From the IMG/VR virus record IMGVR_UViG_2588253758_000004: 64,000 bases of DNA. One strand, given 5' to 3'. How positions within the stretch are numbered: position 1 is the first letter of the stretch; each line of letters starts with the position of its first letter. The position numbers and the translations under genes are program-made. Origin of the DNA: a virus (taxonomy: Duplodnaviria; Caudoviricetes). The notes beneath the pieces are model-generated. The model did no database searches and had not been told where the DNA came from. It worked only from the letters and a program-made list of their open reading frames with translations. Of this stretch, positions 57,670-64,000 are shown in pieces.

Positions 57670-57700
57670 AAAAAGGGAGGTGGAGATTGCCCCACCTCCC
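57670..57700 (-). terminator. Rho-independent terminator after major capsid gene
   Basis: GGGAGGTGG/CCACCTCCC stem followed by T5. Confidence 0.8.
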
Positions 57701-57738
57701 CGGGATTAAAGAATCTATGATCAGCAGTAAAGAAAGGG

Positions 57739-58785
57739 TTACGCCTTTTTGTATGCCGTGTGGACCACAATCTCGCCAGGACGAACAATGTTTACGTCCA
57801 TCTTCATACGCATCTGGAAGAAGAAGAGCTCTGAGTTCGCTTGCAGGCGGTCAATCTTCAACACCTCGCTGTCATTGGCGTAGTCAACACCCATCCAAAG
57901 GTTGGAATCCATTCCGGTGGTGAACTGACCCAACACGATGGTGTGTTCGGGAATACCCACGATAGGTGTGATTTTCTTGCCCTTGAAGCGGTAGCGGTTC
58001 ACCTCTGTATTCTCAGAGTATTTCACCATCTTGTCCGAGATGTACTGGTCGTAAGCGTCCCACGCTTCCCAACCGATGACAAATGAGAGTCCCGGATTGT
58101 TGCGGATCTGCTTGGGACACTTTTTCCACATCGCATAGAGGGCGGCTTCAACTGCTGCACCGTCGGTCAGTTCAGTGTTGCCTGAGACAACACATTGACC
58201 ACCTGCGATAGTTTGGGCATCGGTGGCATTCACGTTGTCGATAATGCGTTTGATTACACCGTCGAAATACTTCTCCTTGCCACGTCCGATTTGAATAGAG
58301 TCTGTCGGAATCGCCACTCCCGCAGCCGCTGCACCACCTTTGGCCGCTGTCCAGATAGCGTTGCCGATGTACTCGTTTTTCTTGTCCATCAACAGACGAA
58401 GCATAGTCGCCTGCACCTTGGGATCAAGCTCACGGAACACCAGGTTTCCGTCAGGTTGTGCAAACTTCCAATACTTTTCGTAGTCACGAGGGTTGAACTC
58501 CAAATAGACCATAAAGTCGGAAGGGTTCAGGTGTCGCTCGGTAAATTGGTACTCATTCTCGCCGTTTGGACCCTTGGCACCTTGGACAGATGTTGGGGTT
58601 GGCGTGTTGTCCTGAATAATTTCACCCAGCTTGATTGCCGGTAATGTGTACTTGTGTTGAATGCCCGACTTGATGTGGATAAGACCCTGTTTGTAGGTGT
58701 CATTACCTTGGGCGGTATAGGTGAGTAGGTCTTCGAGAACCTCTCCGTTATACCCATTCTGTAAAAATGATACTGTATCTGCCAT
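57739..58785 (-). CDS. Major capsid protein
   Basis: 348 aa directly after protease/scaffold and before a strong terminator; FDG..K and C-terminal V..VRPGEIV patterns. Confidence 0.78.
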   Translation of the reverse strand: MADTVSFLQNGYNGEVLEDLLTYTAQGNDTYKQGLIHIKSGIQHKYTLPAIKLGEIIQDNTPTPTSVQGAKGPNGENEYQFTERHLNPSDFMVYLEFNPRDYEKYWKFAQPDGNLVFRELDPKVQATMLRLLMDKKNEYIGNAIWTAAKGGAAAAGVAIPTDSIQIGRGKEKYFDGVIKRIIDNVNATDAQTIAGGQCVVSGNTELTDGAAVEAALYAMWKKCPKQIRNNPGLSFVIGWEAWDAYDQYISDKMVKYSENTEVNRYRFKGKKITPIVGIPEHTIVLGQFTTGMDSNLWMGVDYANDSEVLKIDRLQANSELFFFQMRMKMDVNIVRPGEIVVHTAYKKA

Positions 58786-58800
58786 GTTTTTAACTGATTA

Positions 58801-59346
58801 TTATTTCATTGATTTGAATTGGAAGTTCTCACCGACCACCTGAGTAACCTTCTCGGCTATCTTCTCTTCGGCGGTTTTGGTCGACTCGGCAGCAGCTTGA
58901 ACATTAGCCGGGTCAGCAGCGATTTCCTTTGAGATTTGTTCACGCACGGGAATTCCGGCAAGGGTGCTTTCAACCAGTGCAAGGTTGTTATCAGCCATAT
59001 TTACCCAGTCGGCTTTTGTCTCACGGCTGATTTTTCCTGCCTCGATAGCAGCTTCAATCATCGTTTCGATTTTTGCCTTCTTCTCGGTAGCCTCTTTTTG
59101 CTGATAGGTCGAGAGTGAAGTGGTTGCGGTAGCCAAGTCTTTCTGAAGGTTGGTGATTGCAGCCTCTTTGCCTGCGATAACCGTCTGTGCGTCTGTGAGA
59201 GATTTTTCAGTCTCTTTCAGTTTTGCCTCGATGGTCACCAGTGCATTGATACGTGCCATCACATCCTTCATTTCGTAATTCTCTTTTAGTCCGAGTGTTG
59301 CGGCTACCGCAGCGTATTCGGCAGAGGTTGTTTTTTCTGAATTCAT
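58801..59346 (-). CDS. Nested in-frame scaffolding protein (MNSEKTT..., 181 aa)
   Basis: In-frame ATG with AT-rich leader, 25 nt downstream of internal promoter copy 9. Confidence 0.7.
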   Translation of the reverse strand: MNSEKTTSAEYAAVAATLGLKENYEMKDVMARINALVTIEAKLKETEKSLTDAQTVIAGKEAAITNLQKDLATATTSLSTYQQKEATEKKAKIETMIEAAIEAGKISRETKADWVNMADNNLALVESTLAGIPVREQISKEIAADPANVQAAAESTKTAEEKIAEKVTQVVGENFQFKSMK

Positions 59347-60090
59347 CGTGTTAGTATTATTTGTTTGATTAAGAATAGTGTTATCGCCTTCAAAAAGTTT
59401 AATGGGCTGATCTGTGGGGAGAGAAGCTGTGATTTCAGCCATCAGATTTTGGATTTGAGAGATGTCTTCAACCCCAGAGATCCCTGCCTTCACCTTGTCG
59501 CAAAGTTGCTTTGAGGTTGGGATTACATTCTCTGTTGGGATGATACCTGCTTTGACTGCCGAAGCTGCATCGAAGAATGTTCCGTCTTTGTCCGCCTCGC
59601 CGCTCATAATGGCGCGGACATGTTCGGCTTTCAGCCCGAAGCGTTTGCGGTAGATGGTTTCGATTTGTTTGGTGAATGCCTTGACCATATCCGATGGTTC
59701 ATCGCACTGGTTCTCTGTGTTGCATTTATCTTCGGCGGTGGGCTGGAAGGGATTGTGAATCATCAGAATCGCATAGTCCCGCATCAGGGATCGGTCTGCT
59801 GCCGCCCAAATGATGGAACCCATCGAAGCGGCCAAGCCCTCGATGATGCATTCTGTTTCGATTTTGGAGTTACGGATGGTGGAGTATGTGCTCATACCGT
59901 GAAGCACAGAGCCGCCCTCAGAGTTGATAAGCACTCTGATACATTTGGGGCGTACTACATTTTCGAGATAATCGAACTCAGCATTGAATTGGCAGGTGGA
60001 TTCCTCCGAGACCCTGCCGAAAAAGCGAATCGTAGCCACTTCGCCACTTTTCGCTTCGCCGATTATGTTTTGGAATTTTTCTGTGTTCAT
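58801..60090 (-). CDS. ClpP-type prohead protease with C-terminal scaffold region (start revised to MNTEKF)
   Basis: INSEGGSV, GLAASMGS, LMIHNP; coiled-coil C-terminus. Confidence 0.9.
   Translation of the reverse strand: MNTEKFQNIIGEAKSGEVATIRFFGRVSEESTCQFNAEFDYLENVVRPKCIRVLINSEGGSVLHGMSTYSTIRNSKIETECIIEGLAASMGSIIWAAADRSLMRDYAILMIHNPFQPTAEDKCNTENQCDEPSDMVKAFTKQIETIYRKRFGLKAEHVRAIMSGEADKDGTFFDAASAVKAGIIPTENVIPTSKQLCDKVKAGISGVEDISQIQNLMAEITASLPTDQPIKLFEGDNTILNQTNNTNTMNSEKTTSAEYAAVAATLGLKENYEMKDVMARINALVTIEAKLKETEKSLTDAQTVIAGKEAAITNLQKDLATATTSLSTYQQKEATEKKAKIETMIEAAIEAGKISRETKADWVNMADNNLALVESTLAGIPVREQISKEIAADPANVQAAAESTKTAEEKIAEKVTQVVGENFQFKSMK
59371..59402 (-). promoter_or_regulatory. Putative phage-sigma late promoter (copy 9, intragenic)
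   Basis: TTAAACT-N17-CTATTCTT inside protease gene. Confidence 0.75.
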
Positions 60091-60105
60091 AAAATACCTT
60101 TCCCA

Positions 60106-60137
60106 AAGAATAGGGCTATGGCACAGAAAAAGTTTAT
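60106..60137 (-). promoter_or_regulatory. Putative phage-sigma late promoter (copy 10)
   Basis: ATAAACT-N17-CTATTCTT, 16 nt upstream of protease ATG. Confidence 0.78.
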
Positions 60138-60309
60138 TGCGTGTGGTTTGGATTGAACTTTTTGAAATAATCAGCTGAGTTTGCATTGATAAAATGCAAA
60201 TTTCTATATGTTTTTGCATTGAATAATCGCAAATTCAAGAACAATAGCACTGGCAAACAATACATTATGTAATTGTGAGTTTTGCGCAAAAGTGCAGGAT
60301 ATAGAAAGC

Positions 60310-60338
60310 AAAAAAAGGCGGCAACCATCGTCACCGCC
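60310..60338 (-). terminator. Terminator separating the antirepressor cluster from head genes
   Basis: GGCGG/CCGCC stem followed by T7. Confidence 0.65.
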
Positions 60339-60346
60339 CCTGTGGG

Positions 60347-61162
60347 TTACTGTTTCTCGAACAGTGAAAATATCAAGTCTCGCCCTTTTGCCGTCCAGAC
60401 CAAATACTTGGTTGGCATCAGCTCCATCTTGTCCGTCTCTTCGTTATAGCGTTTGCTCATTGTCTCCTTTTCGAAAGCCAGACCCTGATTCTCATATTTG
60501 GGCATCAAGTACCAACTGCCATCCAATTTGCCGATGATGCCTCGTTGCATCAAGAGGCGATTGAGTTCGTCGGCTTTCAATCCTAACGTGCGAGCCATGT
60601 TAGAGACTGGGTAGTTTCTCCGTTTCTCGAAGGACTCTTGGGTCGTTTTAAGTTGCTCGTAAAATGCAATCTTTGGAGCATTCTCCTCGATTTGCTGGAC
60701 AAGTTGCTCGTGTTTGGCTTCAAGCTCTATGGTTTTTAGGCGGCTCATTTTTAGTTCATCAATGACAAAGGCTACAAAGCCGGGATCGGTTCTCGCCTTG
60801 TCGAGCATCTCATCTGTTGCGGTCAATCCAAAGCGAAACAGCTCTTTGATACGGTCGTTACACCACAGATAGAAATCCGGAGACAACCATTGGGCAAATA
60901 GTAAGGCAAGATCTTCATGCATCCAAGTACCTTGATTGCTACCTCCCTGATTTACAACAACTAAGCCCGTTGCTGGGATTCCAGTCTTGGCTGATAATGA
61001 GCATATTAACTCCTTTGCTTGTTGAGTAGACAACCAGTTACTTGCTCTCTTCCTGAAAGGCTTCGCCATCTCTGTGGCATTCACCATCAACTCCCCTTCG
61101 CCAATCTGGAACGAAACCGGGGTGTCGTTGTAGTTGAATATCTGTAAATTTTTCATCTCCAC
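60347..61162 (-). CDS. KilA-N domain protein with antirepressor-like C-terminus
   Basis: MVNATEMAKPF, GTWMHEDLAL.FAQWLSPDF, LVWTAKGR. Confidence 0.88.
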   Translation of the reverse strand: MEMKNLQIFNYNDTPVSFQIGEGELMVNATEMAKPFRKRASNWLSTQQAKELICSLSAKTGIPATGLVVVNQGGSNQGTWMHEDLALLFAQWLSPDFYLWCNDRIKELFRFGLTATDEMLDKARTDPGFVAFVIDELKMSRLKTIELEAKHEQLVQQIEENAPKIAFYEQLKTTQESFEKRRNYPVSNMARTLGLKADELNRLLMQRGIIGKLDGSWYLMPKYENQGLAFEKETMSKRYNEETDKMELMPTKYLVWTAKGRDLIFSLFEKQ

Positions 61163-61168
61163 CGAATT

Positions 61169-61492
61169 TTAATTTAGGGTTTTGTCTGGTTGCATAAGAA
61201 ACAGACCCTCTGCCGTATCAGGATTAAACTTACTTTCGAGATATTTGCTGTACATCTCAAGCCCAACACGAACAAACTCTCTCTCCTGACTCAATGCAAG
61301 CAGACCAAAAACATTTTTGGATAACTCGAAGTTTGAACCTGAAGTGGCTATCATATGCACCGAGTTGTCAAATTCGACATCTCGAGCCAAAACGATAAAT
61401 GACTGTTTGGGGTTATTGTCTGTAAGCTTATGTAGCTCCTCTACAAATTCACTTAACTTTTGAAGTAACTCACTAACTTTCTTATCTTTCAT
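61169..61492 (-). CDS. Hypothetical protein
   Basis: 107-aa ORF with AT-rich leader. Confidence 0.6.
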   Translation of the reverse strand: MKDKKVSELLQKLSEFVEELHKLTDNNPKQSFIVLARDVEFDNSVHMIATSGSNFELSKNVFGLLALSQEREFVRVGLEMYSKYLESKFNPDTAEGLFLMQPDKTLN

Positions 61493-61880
61493 TATTTCTA
61501 TATTTTAAAATTGTTATCTCTTTATGAGTTTAGAAGTAGATACAAATACTCTTTGAAGTATAGTTCATTTCAGATTGAACTGTTTAAAATAGATATATCT
61601 TTTTGATACTGGAGAATAGATATTTACTCTGTGTTGTAATGATGAATCAATCTATCTATAAGTGTTTTAATGTATTACAAATATTTAAAAGAGTGATATT
61701 ACTACTTTCAGTAAATCAATCTGTTTTTAAGTATTAAGAAAAAGAGTAATGATACTTCAAATGGATACTTACTCTTACAATTACTCTATTGGGATAAAGA
61801 GTATAGTATTATTATATATACTATACTGATATCTACTTAAGTAATAACTACTCTTTAATTATCTATCTTTCAATTCAATA

Positions 61881-62330
61881 CTATATTTTCATTTCATATA
61901 GGTTAAATATCTCCTCTATAACCTCTCTATTCTCTATCGACAACCACTCTTTGGCTACATTATAGGCTATACCCTTACTGAAAACATAGTTCTCAGGTTT
62001 AATAGAGTGATGAGATAATCTCCCTTCAGTTGGTTTAAGATTCAGATTATGAAGTCTACATAAACCCTCATTGTAGAAGATACACCAACCTTCATCTTTT
62101 TGAATAGCTTGAACCATAGGAATTGTATAATCTAATCTACCCAGAACTAAACCTACAGCCCAACTGGTAGGCATAAGATACTCTTTGTAACCTGCATCAA
62201 TAAGCCTTTTGATATCTTGAGGAGTACCGAGACAAGGAGTCTTACATTGCTTCCTACACTGCTCACATTTACACTGAATAGGTTTACGCCCGGTCTTACG
62301 AATTATCTTTTTTTGTGGATCTTCTTTCAT
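61881..62330 (-). CDS. Cysteine-cluster protein (YkgJ-like Zn/Fe chelating)
   Basis: CKCEQCRKQC..PC and CIFY..GLCRLH...KP. Confidence 0.7.
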   Translation of the reverse strand: MKEDPQKKIIRKTGRKPIQCKCEQCRKQCKTPCLGTPQDIKRLIDAGYKEYLMPTSWAVGLVLGRLDYTIPMVQAIQKDEGWCIFYNEGLCRLHNLNLKPTEGRLSHHSIKPENYVFSKGIAYNVAKEWLSIENREVIEEIFNLYEMKI

Positions 62331-63517
62331 TATCTTTTCGGTTTTAGCATTAGTTCAGGATGTCTGGTGTACCACAGCTCTATGATATATTCACGTCCGG
62401 CTTTAGTCCACCGTTTTACACTACCTGTTGGATAGACCTTATCGGGAGACTTCTGCCACATATAGGGCACATCGCACTGCAAAGGACGATACGGAGCGTG
62501 AACAACCCATTGTCGATTTTCAAAATAGATAATACCTTCCTCAGCTAAAAACCGATTGAGTGCCACGATAGAAATTTCCAACTCGTCAGCGATACGGATG
62601 CTGCGGTAATAGTCTCTATTCTCAACAAACTCTTCATAGAAAGCCACCTTATGCTCATCTTCTCGTATCTTTCGGGCTTGTTCGGCAGCGAGCATAAGAG
62701 CCTCATCGAAATTTTGAGGCACAGGGAAATTGCCCACAGCCTCACCAAGGGTTTTACGATATTCCGTTTTGACGTGTACCGGTTGTTCTGATTGTATGGG
62801 TTGCATTGACACATAACCAGTCGAGACCAGCTCTTCGATTCTGGAGTTGCACCAATCCGAAAACTCAGGCGAAAGCCAGCGAGCAAACTCCATCGCCAAT
62901 GACTGGTCGATCCACGTTGCACCATTAGCCCCTCGTGTTGTAAAGACCTGACTATCCAACGAGCCGGACTTTTCTGTATCAACGAGCATCTGCCGAAACT
63001 CTTTGACGTGTGCAAGTCCAAGCCACACGTAGGGATATTTATCAAAGCTGCGAGACATCTGAGTCGCATTGACGTAGGTTCTGCCATTGTTTGCTTTGAA
63101 AGTTATTGGAAATTTGTCTTGATAATTGAAAATTACAGGCTCTTGCGTTGAAGTTGTGGGAGCACTAATTTTGACAGTACTCTCCATATGCACCGGCAGG
63201 GAGTTTATCCACTTTTCCATTTTATTGCACACCTTGGCAACCATTCCATTCTCTGAGGATATGCTTCTTAGCAACGAGTGCAGGTCAAAAGGTTTGACAC
63301 CCCACCGATTGCGTCCGCCGACTTTGAAGGGAATGCGAAAAGCAGATCGACAGATTCGCATTGCTTGTCCGTTTTCAATTAGGTCCACACGATCAAGTAT
63401 TTTGAGGATATCGTACAGACAAAGCCACATTACCGAATCGTGCTGGTCGTGAATGACACGGACTTGTTTTTTCTCGAATCGTATTACCCCGATTTTATTG
63501 TTTAGCTTGTTCATCAT
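62330..63517 (-). CDS. BRO-N-like + KilA-N + ANT antirepressor-like protein
   Basis: VRVI..WLCLYDI; YVNATQM..GATWI..FARWLSPEF; PQNFDEAL; RWTKAGR. Confidence 0.82.
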   Translation of the reverse strand: MMNKLNNKIGVIRFEKKQVRVIHDQHDSVMWLCLYDILKILDRVDLIENGQAMRICRSAFRIPFKVGGRNRWGVKPFDLHSLLRSISSENGMVAKVCNKMEKWINSLPVHMESTVKISAPTTSTQEPVIFNYQDKFPITFKANNGRTYVNATQMSRSFDKYPYVWLGLAHVKEFRQMLVDTEKSGSLDSQVFTTRGANGATWIDQSLAMEFARWLSPEFSDWCNSRIEELVSTGYVSMQPIQSEQPVHVKTEYRKTLGEAVGNFPVPQNFDEALMLAAEQARKIREDEHKVAFYEEFVENRDYYRSIRIADELEISIVALNRFLAEEGIIYFENRQWVVHAPYRPLQCDVPYMWQKSPDKVYPTGSVKRWTKAGREYIIELWYTRHPELMLKPKR

Positions 63518-63860
63518 CGTAGATATTTAGGTTAGACTTATTCTTATCTTTTACGATACGGCGGCGGCGTGCCATATCTCTGACCGAGTGATATTTCCTC
63601 TCTGCATTGCACAACTTGTCGTACTCCTTGAGGGTTAGTTCTGCTAAATCAGTTAAATCGACTTCGATATTATCGTCGAGATGTCTGAAATAGAGGGCTC
63701 CGGCGGAGATATACTTGCCGTTGCACACTAATGAAATTGCTTGCGGATTGCAGTTTGTTACTTCTGCTGCAGCTCGGATTGAACGAGCAATGGCTACTAA
63801 GCCAAATGCTCCGTTGAAAATCAATACTAGCTTTGGTTGATGGAATGGTGCTCTTCTCAT
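63495..63860 (-). CDS. NUMOD1-like small DNA-binding protein
   Basis: SIRAAAEVT.C....IS.VCNGK..SAG..YFR. Confidence 0.65.
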   Translation of the reverse strand: MRRAPFHQPKLVLIFNGAFGLVAIARSIRAAAEVTNCNPQAISLVCNGKYISAGALYFRHLDDNIEVDLTDLAELTLKEYDKLCNAERKYHSVRDMARRRRIVKDKNKSNLNIYDDEQAKQ

Positions 63861-64000
63861 TGTTCTTCTAATAATTTGGTTAAGTACTCTTTCGTCAACC
63901 TGTTTCTGACTACCTGAGCAATATGAGTATCTGAAAGAACAACACCATCCAGAAGAAGCTCTGATACCCTTTCTAACATATAAACAGCAAAGTTCGGATC
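63857..64000 (-). CDS. 3' end of a gene truncated by the window edge
   Basis: Open frame DPNFAVYMLERVSELLLDG..LLEEQ*, with ATGA overlap to next gene. Confidence 0.6.
   Translation of the reverse strand, partial: DPNFAVYMLERVSELLLDGVVLSDTHIAQVVRNRLTKEYLTKLLEEQ

Noticed and set aside
57663-57741. Possible late promoter for the sheath operon (AAGAATTA, AAGAATCT)
   Set aside because: Both boxes are mismatched and the spacing is wrong
4807-60156. Many plus-strand ORFs antisense to phage genes (e.g. 5846..6394, 12429..12968, 24949..25533, 59620..60156)
   Set aside because: Shadow ORFs of well-supported minus-strand genes, with no recognisable motifs
60091-60219. Long N-terminal extensions in the ORF track (protease; also primase, Panacea and the 42716 tail gene)
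   Set aside because: Promoter positions and stop/start overlaps support the downstream ATGs
1-64000. CRISPR array, tRNA or rRNA genes
   Set aside because: No regularly spaced repeats or cloverleaf/rRNA-like sequences recognised in the intergenic regions

Overview
A 64-kb segment of a large Bacteroidetes (Bacteroidales-type) myovirus-like phage or prophage. Host assignment rests on TTTG-N19-TAnnTTTG housekeeping promoters. Nearly all phage genes are on the minus strand. In transcription order they are: antirepressor/KilA-N cluster, ClpP protease/scaffold, major capsid, sheath, tube, Dam-like MTase, frameshifting tail chaperone, tape measure, baseplate and tail fibres; then a replication operon (SSB, SbcD/SbcC, RuvC, Rha-Ant, phage sigma factor, DnaB, DnaG, DnaE, Gmk, DnaQ-like); then TerS, lysis genes, HU, TerL and a Mu gp36-like adaptor. 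Three AT-richer plus-strand cargo cassettes interrupt the tail operon: a type I RM system with an invertible hsdS, a Panacea antitoxin-toxin pair, and an AAA_14/DUF4143 ATPase. Highlights: (1) DnaE is fractured just before its catalytic DxD motif into two genes separated by a DNA methyltransferase. The fragments carry matching halves of a degenerate, apparently non-splicing split intein (Hint-like), a possible non-covalent clasp. (2) A YAAACY-N17-CTATTCT motif occurs 10 times with invariant spacing, only upstream of late-region genes. It is the likely promoter of the phage sigma factor, restarts transcription after each cargo cassette and reveals a nested scaffold gene. No portal, phage integrase, tRNA or CRISPR array was recognised. 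All protein calls come from motif recognition, not database searches.
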